The position numbers were made by a program, and so were the translations under genes. A DNA stretch of 64,000 nucleotides from Nitrosopumilus sp. (lineage in GTDB: Archaea > Thermoproteota > Nitrososphaeria > Nitrososphaerales > Nitrosopumilaceae): assembly GCA_965223425.1 (NCBI GenBank), contig OZ245003.1, positions 64,001-128,000 on the forward strand, read 5' to 3'. Each line of letters opens with the position of its first letter. The first letter of the stretch is position 1. The notes under the pieces were generated by a model. The model searched no databases, was not told where the DNA came from, and saw nothing but the letters and a program-made list of their open reading frames with translations. Positions 1 through 8,903 of this stretch are shown here, one piece after another.

Positions 1-2
1 GA

Positions 3-320
3 CTATACAGTGTATGTTGTGCAATTCAAAATTTGTGGCTATCGGCAAGAACAGAAGGCGTAGGCCTTGGTTGGGTAAGTATTCTATCAAATGAAATTCT
101 AAAAGAAACTTTGTCATTACCAGAACATGTTGTTCCTATCGCATACTTGTGTTTGGGATATGTTGATAAATTTGCAGAAAAGCCAGATCTTGAAACTTCT
201 GGTTGGTTACCAAGGCTTGATCTAAAAGATGTCGTATATTTTGAAAAGTGGAATGATAAAGATAATAAAAATTGGGATGTTATTAGAGAGATGATTGAGG
301 ATAATCTTGATTATGCTTAA
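3..320 (+). CDS. bluB: 5,6-dimethylbenzimidazole synthase (nitroreductase family), 5'-truncated by window edge
   Basis: Frame reads YSVCCAIQNLWLSARTEGVGLGWVS...AYLCLGY, the BluB signature region. Confidence 0.85.
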   Translation, partial: LYSVCCAIQNLWLSARTEGVGLGWVSILSNEILKETLSLPEHVVPIAYLCLGYVDKFAEKPDLETSGWLPRLDLKDVVYFEKWNDKDNKNWDVIREMIEDNLDYA

Positions 321-447
321 ATAATTAACAGTAGTCAAATGTATACACTTAACATTAAATTTCTTTGATAAATTCTTCTTGTGATATATCTGCTTGAATT
401 AAAATACTTTTGAGAGATCCTATATTAATTGGATTCTGTCTTCAGTA

Positions 448-1541
448 TACTGTCACTCAAATGTTCTTGAGGTCTAGGGACTTCCTACAGATAAACTTCA
501 TTGCATCAAGCCCCGGCCGCGCAGTCCTGAAATACTCCGACATTGCGTGGCGCATCTGTCCCACTGTACCGTAATACTCAGAGACCAACACGTCGCGTTT
601 TGACTGGTGCCAGTATTCCTCTGTAACGCTGAGCTCGGGAGTTGCAGTCGGAAGCCATATGACCTTGACGTTCTTGTTTCCCTTTAGGAATTTGCTTACA
701 ATTATTCCCTTGTGCTGCGGCGCGTTGTCCATTATTATGGCCACCTTTCCAAAATGCCTTGCCAATTCCTTCAAGTATTGCAGTACGGTCTCCTTGTCGA
801 ATTTGTCGTACGTCCGGAAGAACTGCCTGCCGTCAATCCCGATGGAGCCATACGCCACAACCCTGCCGTGCCGTCCCTTGTACGTCGTTATGATCGGCTG
901 GCCCTCAGGCGACCAGTACTTTGCGCCGGATGTCGGGTCGTCGATGAAGATGGCCTCGTCAAATACCACGACGGCAAAACCCAGTTTTTTCAGGCGTGAA
1001 ATCTGCCTTTTTGCGCTGCGCTGCCATTTTTTGATCTCGTCGATCTCTGCCCTGTTGATGTGGATTCGCCGTACCGTCTTGGCAGTCAGGCCGAGTTTGC
1101 GCATTATCTTTCTGACGTTTGTGATGTGGTACTTTACGCCGTACTTTTTGCAGATGTCTTCTCTTAGCTGCATGGGAGCGATGATGCTGTCAGTCTTGTA
1201 TAACATCTTTTCAATCTTTTTGAGTTTGACCTTTGGCGGCCTTCCGCTCTTGGGAAGATCCCGGAGGGCGTCTATGCCGCCCTCCCTGAAGCGTTCCACC
1301 CAGAAGGAGACCCAGTTCGGGCACTGCATGAGCGAGTCTGCTACATGTTGAATGCTTTCATTGTTCATGCACACCATGTTTACTGCGGCCATCCTCTTGA
1401 CCACCTTGGGATCCCTCTCTTTCTTGTACGCCTTCCTGAGGTCTTCCGGTTTTGCTGCTGGCATTGTAATGCGTGGTACTAGGTGATCAAAATGTATTAC
1501 CATCTAACATGTTTGACCTCAAGAACTTTTGAGTGACAGTA
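448..1541 (-). mobile_element. IS630-family element, apparently intact
   Basis: TIR TACTGTCACTCAAATGTTCTTGAGGTC vs GACCTCAAGAACTTTTGAGTGACAGTA (1 mismatch), flanked by TA on both sides (446-447, 1542-1543). Confidence 0.9.
457..1503 (-). CDS. IS630 transposase
   Basis: HTH + winged HTH, then catalytic VFDEA / MDNAPQH / LPTATPELSVTE motifs. Confidence 0.92.
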   Translation of the reverse strand: MVIHFDHLVPRITMPAAKPEDLRKAYKKERDPKVVKRMAAVNMVCMNNESIQHVADSLMQCPNWVSFWVERFREGGIDALRDLPKSGRPPKVKLKKIEKMLYKTDSIIAPMQLREDICKKYGVKYHITNVRKIMRKLGLTAKTVRRIHINRAEIDEIKKWQRSAKRQISRLKKLGFAVVVFDEAIFIDDPTSGAKYWSPEGQPIITTYKGRHGRVVAYGSIGIDGRQFFRTYDKFDKETVLQYLKELARHFGKVAIIMDNAPQHKGIIVSKFLKGNKNVKVIWLPTATPELSVTEEYWHQSKRDVLVSEYYGTVGQMRHAMSEYFRTARPGLDAMKFICRKSLDLKNI

Positions 1542-2864
1542 TAGTTGGGATTGTACCGTTCCAAAACAGCCCACAAATCACCCGATAGGCGGTGGTCACC
1601 TGGCATACACACATGCTACAAACACGCAGATTATCCTGTTTAAAACACCGGCAAGTGTCACATGATATCTTTGTCTGCCCACCGTGCGACGCAGGTCTAT
1701 CCATAGTAAGTATATAAAAAAACTGAATCATTTTGACAATTATTTTTGGCCAAAAGATCCAAGATCAGCCATACCGCACGCACCTACATGTACAAACAAA
1801 AAAAGAGACAGGTTGCAAGGGGAGCAAAATTTCTGCCAAACACCGGCCGTTGCAGACCTCAAAAAGGCATACAAAAAAGAGACTGATCCCAGAAGACGTG
1901 ACAGGCTGCTTGCGTACATGCAGCGCAAGGACGGCGTGCCGCTAGACAAGATCGGAGGGATGCTAGGAAGGCCCAGGTCAACCATATCTGCATGGCTCAA
2001 CCGCGCACAAGACGAGGGAATGCGCGCAAGATTCGAGCGCAGCGGTAGGGGACGAAAGCACCTGCTAGACGGGCCGCAGGCAAAACAGCTTGCAGCAGAC
2101 CTGGATGCAGGCCCGGAGTCATGCGGCTTTGAGAGCAGCTTGTGGGATTCCAACCTAGTAAGGCTGCACATCAAGAGAAAGTTTGGCGTGCAGTACAGCA
2201 AGACAGGCGTGCTGCAGCTGATCAGGGAGACGGGCTTTTCGTGGAGCAAGGCGCGTCCAAAAAACCCAAGATCAGCCTCAAAAAAAAGAGCAAAAAAAGT
2301 TTCAGGAGCGGGCAAAAAAACCCGTTGCAGAAAAGTCGGCGCAGGGATACGCCGTACTGGCCGGCGATGCATCCTCGATTCAAAAGGCATCAAACAGGCC
2401 CGGCTACGGATGGAGAAGGCGCGGCAAGCGCGCCACATCCACCCCCCCACTCTGTTTTGTCACGCAAGAGAAGATACATCTTTGGAGTCCTGTCAGCAAG
2501 CGCATTTTACTTTATGTCTTATGAAGAGTCAAACAGCGACAGCTTTTGCAGCTTTTTGGAACGGGTTCACAAAAGATTTGGCAGGGTGGTGGTGGTGCTG
2601 TTTGTAGACAATGCGTCATATCACAAATCCAAAAGGGTAAAGGAGTTTCTGGAAAAATACAATGACGGGATAGTTCTGGAGTACCTGCTGCCGTACACGC
2701 CGGAGCTTAATCCCATTGAGACGCAGTGGATGGTGATAAAACGGGTACTGTCTGCAAAGGTGTTTGGCACGCTAGGTGGGATGGAGCAGTCAGTACGTCG
2801 TATGCTGTTTGCCAGAAAGGAGATTCTGCCTGTGAAAATGTTCAGTTATTTAATGTGCTAACTA
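1542..2864 (+). mobile_element. IS630-family element with frameshifted transposase
   Basis: Ends TAGTTGGG...GCTAACTA; ORFs 1684-2607 (HTH part) and 2142-2861 (FVDNASYH, YTPELNPIE); indels in A- and C-runs near 2280 and 2445. Confidence 0.85.
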
Positions 2865-3002
2865 TAGTTTGCAAGGAATGTTTATAAAGAATTCACATGG
2901 ATATGCATAAAGTCTACTGATGACTAGCGGACCGACTTTCCATATATTACATATTAGGAATTATAGGTAATTATTTAAATATCTCTGAGGAATAAATAAT
3001 CC

Positions 3003-3188
3003 ATGGGGAAATCAAGTGCCCCGTTTTTGACAAGAGTAGCAAAGGCCAACACTTCAGACTCGTTAAGAACTACTATACCAAAAGAAATCGTTAGAGAATT
3101 TGATCTTAATGCACATGATGTTTTGGTCTGGCAAGTGAATAAGAAAACCAATGAATTTATTATAAAAAAATGGAGTGGCAAAACATGA
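3003..3188 (+). CDS. AbrB/MazE/SpoVT-type DNA-binding protein
   Basis: SLRTTIPKEIVREFDLNAHDVLVW matches the swapped-hairpin AbrB motif; ATGA overlap with the next gene. Confidence 0.75.
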   Translation: MGKSSAPFLTRVAKANTSDSLRTTIPKEIVREFDLNAHDVLVWQVNKKTNEFIIKKWSGKT

Positions 3189-4294
3189 ATAGAATAATGA
3201 CCCATACACAAAAACGAAGATCTACAAGAACACCCGGAAAAAAATTAACAATCCAAACAATCCAGAATGTCTCAAATCCAACATCGATACATGGAATATA
3301 TCCATACCGTGGAAAAATATCTTCAATTGATGTAATAAATGTAATATCTCAGATGGCATCAGGTAAAAAATTATTAGATCCGTTTTGTGGGACTGGTACC
3401 ATAGTCTATGAAGCATACAAAAAAGGTCTTGATGTAGTGGGAGTAGATCCAAACCCCCTTGCTAGGATTATCACTAATGGTAAAATGAATCTTCGTTTTG
3501 TTAATAGTAAATCTATATATGTCGAAGTAGAGAAATTAATCAAAAAGACTCAAACTACTAATAAAAAAAATAAATGCCCCGCAAATATTAGATGGGCATT
3601 TCATAAAAAAACAATGCACCAGATAATGCAAATGGCTTCATTATATGATGAAATGTCTGATTACATAAAGGCGGTTTTTTGTGGAACTATTTGTTTGGCT
3701 GCACGAGGATGTAATCATTACAAGTGGACATCTACTGCTGTTGGAAAAAATATCACACCTAAAAGATATATTGATTTTTATGAAAAATTTAGAACAAAAT
3801 CAAAAAAACATTATTTGCCATTAAAAGATGATCACAGTGCAGAAATACATCAAAAAGATTCACGTATGTTGTCGAGTTTTATTAAACCAAAATCAATAGA
3901 TTATGTTTTTACTAGCCCACCATACTTTGATGCGTTAGATTACACAGCATATTATGCAAGATTTGTATTTCCAATTTTAGGAATTGATCGTGATTCAGTA
4001 AGAAAACAACTCGTACAATCTATCAAAACATACGAGGAAGATATGAAACTATGTCTCTCAGAGATAGAACAAGTTACAAAAGATGATGCCATGATAATTT
4101 TTGTTGTGGGTGACAAGAAAATTAAAAATAATATCATAAACGGTGGAGATTTTTTCTCAAAAATGTTTTCACATCGCCCAACAAAGATAATTGAACGAAG
4201 CTACAAAGGATCAGCCAGCAAAGTTTTTGATATATTAAATAAAACTAATCGAAAAGAACAGATCGTGATATGGGATAAATCAGAGTGGAGATAA
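3185..4294 (+). CDS. Amino-DNA methyltransferase, probably m4C, alpha motif order
   Basis: HGIYPYRGK, motif [10 protein letters not shown] near the N-terminus, motif IV TSPPY near the C-terminus. Confidence 0.9.
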   Translation: MNRIMTHTQKRRSTRTPGKKLTIQTIQNVSNPTSIHGIYPYRGKISSIDVINVISQMASGKKLLDPFCGTGTIVYEAYKKGLDVVGVDPNPLARIITNGKMNLRFVNSKSIYVEVEKLIKKTQTTNKKNKCPANIRWAFHKKTMHQIMQMASLYDEMSDYIKAVFCGTICLAARGCNHYKWTSTAVGKNITPKRYIDFYEKFRTKSKKHYLPLKDDHSAEIHQKDSRMLSSFIKPKSIDYVFTSPPYFDALDYTAYYARFVFPILGIDRDSVRKQLVQSIKTYEEDMKLCLSEIEQVTKDDAMIIFVVGDKKIKNNIINGGDFFSKMFSHRPTKIIERSYKGSASKVFDILNKTNRKEQIVIWDKSEWR

Positions 4295-5134
4295 TTGGCA
4301 GATTTTTTTATTAAAGATAGTACATTCATGGACGAAGTAAAAGATGCGTCAGTAAGCCTTATAATAACTAGTCCGCCATATTTTGATCTTAAAAACTATG
4401 ATCAAAAGAAAATGAATAAAAATCAAATCGGTTCATCTAAATCATATGATGATTATTTATCAAAACTGAACGCTGTGTGGAAAGAATGTGTTAGAGTTTT
4501 GATCCCAGATGGTAAATTATGCATAAACATCATGCCTCTTTTTTTATCAGGTCATGAAACTGAGTTTAAAAGAAGAGTTACAAAATTAATGATTACCGAT
4601 TTAGAAGACTTCATGGATTCCACAAAAAAAATGTTTACACATGCTTTATTTATTTGGGACAAGAGGAAAATCGTAAGATTTAGCTCATTTGGGAGTTATC
4701 CATACCCACCAAATATTTTTTCAACATTTCCCTTTGAATGGATCATAGTGTTTTCAAAAAAAGGAAAAAGGCCGAAAGTCACATCTAAAATAAAAAAGAA
4801 ATCAAAACTAACTACTAAAGAATGGCAGGATTGGGCAATCAATTCAGTATGGGAGATGAGCCCCGCAAAAGCAAAATCACTTGGCCATCCTGCACCATTT
4901 CCAGAGGAGTTGCCTCATAGATTAATCAAAATGTTTAGCTTTTATGGTGAAATTGTACTAGATCCATTCATGGGGACTGGGACTACTGCTCTGGCTACGG
5001 AGAAATTAGGAAGGCGTGCAATAGGATATGAAATTAATAACAAATATGTCAAAATTGCTAAAAAAAGATTACTTGAAATTTCTAATGAAGAACCTGTGAA
5101 GACGTCTTTATCTCGTTCGATAAAGGTTCTATGA
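4295..5134 (+). CDS. Amino-DNA methyltransferase, probably m4C, beta motif order
   Basis: IITSPPY at the N-terminus; HPAPFPEEL and VLDPFMGTGTT at the C-terminus. Confidence 0.92.
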   Translation: MADFFIKDSTFMDEVKDASVSLIITSPPYFDLKNYDQKKMNKNQIGSSKSYDDYLSKLNAVWKECVRVLIPDGKLCINIMPLFLSGHETEFKRRVTKLMITDLEDFMDSTKKMFTHALFIWDKRKIVRFSSFGSYPYPPNIFSTFPFEWIIVFSKKGKRPKVTSKIKKKSKLTTKEWQDWAINSVWEMSPAKAKSLGHPAPFPEELPHRLIKMFSFYGEIVLDPFMGTGTTALATEKLGRRAIGYEINNKYVKIAKKRLLEISNEEPVKTSLSRSIKVL

Positions 5135-6113
5135 CATATTTGCCATTATTTACTTTTACGACTCCAGCAGTTAGCAATCCAAGCACATCTGGAGAGTTAA
5201 ACACCTGAGGAAAGAATTTATCCCAACATATCTTTCTATCATTAATAATTCCGTTCATTGCAAGAATCCATATTGCATTTGCTGAAATGAATTTGATTTT
5301 ATGTTTTATGATATCCTTATAAAATTTTTCAGATTGATCTCCTATTTTTGTAGTACAATCCCTGTGTGAAGGAGGGAAGAGATGTGTTTCCTTTCCACCA
5401 ATGACTAGAAAAATATAAAAAATTAAATTAACTTTGTTGGCATCAAAATATTCACTGATCTGTCTTTCACATTCTTTAGCATATTCTGGAATCTTCTCTC
5501 TGTATCTCTCATCATCCATCATGGATAGAAAGTTTGTTTTTGTTTCAAAAATCAATACATTAGAATTGCTACGTATACACATATCTAATCTGTTAGGTCT
5601 TGAAGAATTTGGTGTGTCTATTTCTATCTCCGTTCCAATTATCGGATTATTATTTGAGCTTAAAAATTTGAGCATAGATGTAACCCACAATGCAATGTGT
5701 GTAGTTTCATCAGTGCACGTAAAACATTCTAAACTAAAAAAATTCCTTTGGAATCCGCCATATGTTGGAAGTTCAATTCTATTTCCTGTAAAGATACAAT
5801 CTATGTTTTGAATATTTCTAACTGTATCAGTTTGAGTAAATAATTGATTTAATAATTCTGTTTTTATTGGCTCATCAATAGTACGAAATGATTCTTTTGA
5901 GGTAATGCATGAAAGACAACCTATGCATTTTTTTTCATTGATAGTGATGACACCATCGTGAATTTCCAAAGCTTCTATGTCTGTACTACATGTAGGGTAT
6001 TCTCTATTTTGTTCAATATTATCAGATAAAAAATTTAAAAATTGTTTGTTGATGGGGCGGTTAGAATATCGTGGAATATTGAATCTAGATTCTAAGTAAT
6101 TACTGATGCTCAT
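5082..6113 (-). CDS. [4Fe-4S] ferredoxin-like domain fused to PD-(D/E)xK nuclease
   Basis: CSTDIEAL...KKCIGCLSC (CxxCxxC plus remote Cys); E...RLDMCI...LIFETK nuclease motif. Confidence 0.7.
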   Translation of the reverse strand: MSISNYLESRFNIPRYSNRPINKQFLNFLSDNIEQNREYPTCSTDIEALEIHDGVITINEKKCIGCLSCITSKESFRTIDEPIKTELLNQLFTQTDTVRNIQNIDCIFTGNRIELPTYGGFQRNFFSLECFTCTDETTHIALWVTSMLKFLSSNNNPIIGTEIEIDTPNSSRPNRLDMCIRSNSNVLIFETKTNFLSMMDDERYREKIPEYAKECERQISEYFDANKVNLIFYIFLVIGGKETHLFPPSHRDCTTKIGDQSEKFYKDIIKHKIKFISANAIWILAMNGIINDRKICWDKFFPQVFNSPDVLGLLTAGVVKVNNGKYVIEPLSNEIKTSSQVLH

Positions 6114-6114
6114 T

Positions 6115-7311
6115 TTATAACAGCTTTTCCGTTATTTCCTGCACTTTTGGTATTAATTCCGGTGGAGCACCTGTCTGAAGAACTTTCAAATTAATTTGAG
6201 TCAGAGGTTTTAAATTACCATTATTCGTTGTAAATGGAATACCTGCAATTCCTGCTATTTCTCTTTCTTTTTCCATTACTTCCAAAAATTTATTTTGATT
6301 GATTATAAAATCATTCGGATGTTCTGATAGCAAGTCGACAAATTTTCTAAAATTCATAGATTTATGTTCTTTAGCAATTTGTCCAAGACAATACACTAGA
6401 GCAAACCTTCGATTCTTAACTATACCATCATATTGCAATGACATACTTCGAGTTATTTGTTGTCCTCGTTCTCTTAATGATTTAACCGATTTTGTAAGCC
6501 CTGAATAATGTAGTGGTCGTTCAACTTTAGAAGTACCATCAAAAAGAGTTGGAGGTATTAAAATATCATAATTGTGATCAGGCCAGTTTTTTCTTTCTAC
6601 AAAGTCTCTCATTTCTACATGCCATTTTAGCATATTATTTGGTTTTTTGTAATTAGAAGGCATCACAAATCCGGCAGTCGTAGCCCAAGCAAATAATGCT
6701 GATCTTGTTCTTGTAAGGGTATCTTTCTTCGAACCGGTAGATAGTCTGACAAGTTCGCCTTCTGAAGATCTCATAGTTTCATCAGTGTTGGGAAATCCCA
6801 AACTAATTTTTGATTTTAATACTTTATTTGAACCATTTATACTCTTTTTTTGAATGCTGTGTAATAACCCAATAAACGGGCCATATTCCAAAACTGCTTT
6901 CCTAATAATCTTAAGCCACTCTTCTGAATCAAACTTACAACGTGCAAAACTTCTTCCCATATCCGTCAGTTCTAAATCATTTTCCGTCCTATTGATAAAC
7001 CCTAACCCATCTAATGCGTTAACAGCATCACTAGCTGATTTACTTTTTTGTGTATCTAGTTGAATGCTTTGTGTCAAATAACATTTTGCTTTACTTAATG
7101 GGTTGTCCAAATATGGGCATACTTCTGTTTCTAGTGAGGGTTTTTGTATTAAAAGATCACAAAAATCTGTAATGTTGGACTTCGATTCAGCATCATATTT
7201 TATATCCCTAATTGAAAATTTGCTTTGATTGAATTTCTTGTTTAATGTTTGTGTTAACGCATGAAGACAAATCAATCGCCCAGTTGGATTTCGATTTATT
7301 AAAATTGCCAT
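6115..7311 (-). CDS. Putative winged-helix DNA-recognition subunit of restriction system
   Basis: ASDAVNALDGLGFINRTENDLELTDMGRSF and TRTRSALFAWATTAGF resemble wHTH segments of restriction recognition domains; operonic between the two Fe-S proteins. Confidence 0.55.
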   Translation of the reverse strand: MAILINRNPTGRLICLHALTQTLNKKFNQSKFSIRDIKYDAESKSNITDFCDLLIQKPSLETEVCPYLDNPLSKAKCYLTQSIQLDTQKSKSASDAVNALDGLGFINRTENDLELTDMGRSFARCKFDSEEWLKIIRKAVLEYGPFIGLLHSIQKKSINGSNKVLKSKISLGFPNTDETMRSSEGELVRLSTGSKKDTLTRTRSALFAWATTAGFVMPSNYKKPNNMLKWHVEMRDFVERKNWPDHNYDILIPPTLFDGTSKVERPLHYSGLTKSVKSLRERGQQITRSMSLQYDGIVKNRRFALVYCLGQIAKEHKSMNFRKFVDLLSEHPNDFIINQNKFLEVMEKEREIAGIAGIPFTTNNGNLKPLTQINLKVLQTGAPPELIPKVQEITEKLL

Positions 7312-7330
7312 CTAAAATCATATCATCATT

Positions 7331-8038
7331 TCAAGTAAAAAACATCTTTTCCAAATTAGGTTCTTTTCCATCTATCTTATCTTTTAAGACTTTCCATGCT
7401 TCTTTTATTGTTAAAATTTTGAAATTGTTTTCTTGTTTCAACATTGCTATATGTTCATTAACTAGCTCATCATTATTCTCGTGTATGGTCATTGGAACTA
7501 TGACTATTTTTGGAATTCTATAGTTATTCTTTTTTATCAATTCTACTATATCTGTTAACACATTTATTCCATGTTCGATATCATTAAATGAATTAACTAC
7601 TTTTACAATAATTGGTTTTTTATTAATTATCATTAATAATGGAATTTTTTTATAACGATATCCGCCTTTAACTTTTACTTCAAAACCACATAAATTATTT
7701 TGTGAGTTACCTGTAAATACCAATCCCAACCATGTTGTTAGAAATTTTTTATCACTCATTATGTATTTAGCAAATTTGATAAAAGAATCGGATTCTTCTT
7801 GAAAATTAATAAATTTTTTACACGAATATGCACATAATAAACAATCAACACATCTTTCTTGATTTACCCTGTGCTTATCTAATTCTAATGCATCTGTAGG
7901 ACAAGTGAGGATGTCTTCACATCGCATATTTCTTTTATTTAAGAAATTGATGTATGTTCCATCCACAAGAATATTATGTTTAGAATAATCTATCATATTA
8001 TGTATCTTTGAGGCTTTTTCTTTATCGATGTATATCAT
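7331..8038 (-). CDS. [4Fe-4S] ferredoxin-like domain fused to degenerate PD-(D/E)xK-like domain
   Basis: CEDILTCPTDAL...CVDCLLCAYSC; C-terminal half parallels 5082-6113 but lacks the D and ExK residues. Confidence 0.6.
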   Translation of the reverse strand: MIYIDKEKASKIHNMIDYSKHNILVDGTYINFLNKRNMRCEDILTCPTDALELDKHRVNQERCVDCLLCAYSCKKFINFQEESDSFIKFAKYIMSDKKFLTTWLGLVFTGNSQNNLCGFEVKVKGGYRYKKIPLLMIINKKPIIVKVVNSFNDIEHGINVLTDIVELIKKNNYRIPKIVIVPMTIHENNDELVNEHIAMLKQENNFKILTIKEAWKVLKDKIDGKEPNLEKMFFT

Positions 8039-8089
8039 TGGTGTTTTTGAAAGCAGTAGTGTAAAAATATCTTCCTAGCCCCACCTAAC

Positions 8090-8270
8090 TTTACACCCGT
8101 ATGAAAATTGTGAAAGCCCTAGCCAACTTTCCAGTGTATCTTTTTTGGCTTTATCTTCCAAGTATTCTAAGGATAGTTGAATTGCTTCTTTCATGTTTTG
8201 TTTTAATTCTTCTAGCGATCCACCTTGACTAATAGCCCTGATATTTCCAAACATTGACCACTATAACCAG
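8090..8270 (-). pseudogene. HicB-like antitoxin remnant
   Basis: Minus strand GYSGQCLEI / AISQGGSLEELKQNMKEAIQLSLEYL with a 1-nt frameshift; 5' end replaced by the IS110 remnant. Confidence 0.6.
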
Positions 8271-8620
8271 TAGTTCCGATTGTGCTCCCGTCTACCTGCC
8301 AGAATTCTGGCATCTGCCTTATCAGTCTTCTTTTTGGATTCTGCTATCATCTTGGTGGTGTACGGGTTTGGCAGTGACGCGTCCATCCTCATCTCGTCTC
8401 TTATCTGAAAGAATGGTATCTTCCAGACCGATGAGGATTCCATCACAAGTTTGAGTCATTATGTAAATAGCTGACGTTGTCCCTGATGTCTTTGGTGGTG
8501 TTAGATATCTTTTTGTTGAGCAGTTCCTCGCCGTTTTTATCCATGACAGACATCTGGATGGTCTTCTTGTGGACATCCAGGCCGGCATGTCAGCTGTCTT
8601 TGTAGCCTTGGATCTAGGGC
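8271..8620 (-). pseudogene. IS110-family transposase N-terminal remnant
   Basis: HAGLDVHKKTIQMSVMDKNGE...MESSSVW...KKTDKADARILA (DEDD domain), frameshifted and truncated. Confidence 0.8.
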
Positions 8621-8641
8621 TGTGTGTTTGTTTGCATTTCT

Positions 8642-8723
8642 AATCCTTTTAACAGTTGGATCTTTTTGAATTTGAACTATTCTTATCATCATCTAATTTC
8701 CTTGATCGGAGCGCATAAGATTA
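8642..8723. repeat. Degenerate MITE-like repeat, second copy at 36893-37083
   Basis: Shares TTTGAATTTGA...TCTTATCATCATCTAATTTCCTTGATCGG.GC.CATAAGATTAC with 36920-36975 plus 37078-37082. Confidence 0.6.
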
Positions 8724-8771
8724 CGATTTTTCTGTTATTATGTTTAAATAATTAAGAATGTTTTTTTTGCT

Positions 8772-8863
8772 GGGCTTGTGGCGCAGAGTCATTTGACGCG
8801 AAATATGGATAGCGTGGTAACCTCCTAAGTTACAGGTCGAGGGATCGAAGCCCTCCAAGCCCG
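8772..8863 (+). tRNA. tRNA-Arg(CCT) with 17-nt D-loop intron (8787-8803)
   Basis: Acceptor GGGCTTG/CAAGCCC; anticodon arm GTAAC-CTCCTAA-GTTAC; T-arm GAGGG-ATCGAAG-CCCTC; BHB-like motif in the D-loop. Confidence 0.9.
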
Positions 8864-8903
8864 TTAAATTTTAAAAGTTATGGAAATTTAAATATAAAGA
8901 CAA

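Noticed and set aside
659-1351. Long antisense or alternate-frame ORFs over transposases (also 1740-2450, 29749-30300, 40374-41111, 62988-63461)
   Set aside because: Shadow ORFs of GC-rich transposase genes with no recognisable motifs
1684-2861. Programmed frameshift joining the two IS630 ORFs
   Set aside because: Restoring the protein needs two shifts through a third frame, both at homopolymer runs, consistent with slippage or read error
8620-8723. IS110 bridge-RNA non-coding end
   Set aside because: The segment recurs at 36893-37083 without IS110 and resembles the IS5-type MITE; the IS110 is a short dead fragment
446-8863. tRNA-integrated element with att sites
   Set aside because: The island lies 5' of the tRNA, with no duplicated tRNA fragment and no integrase seen
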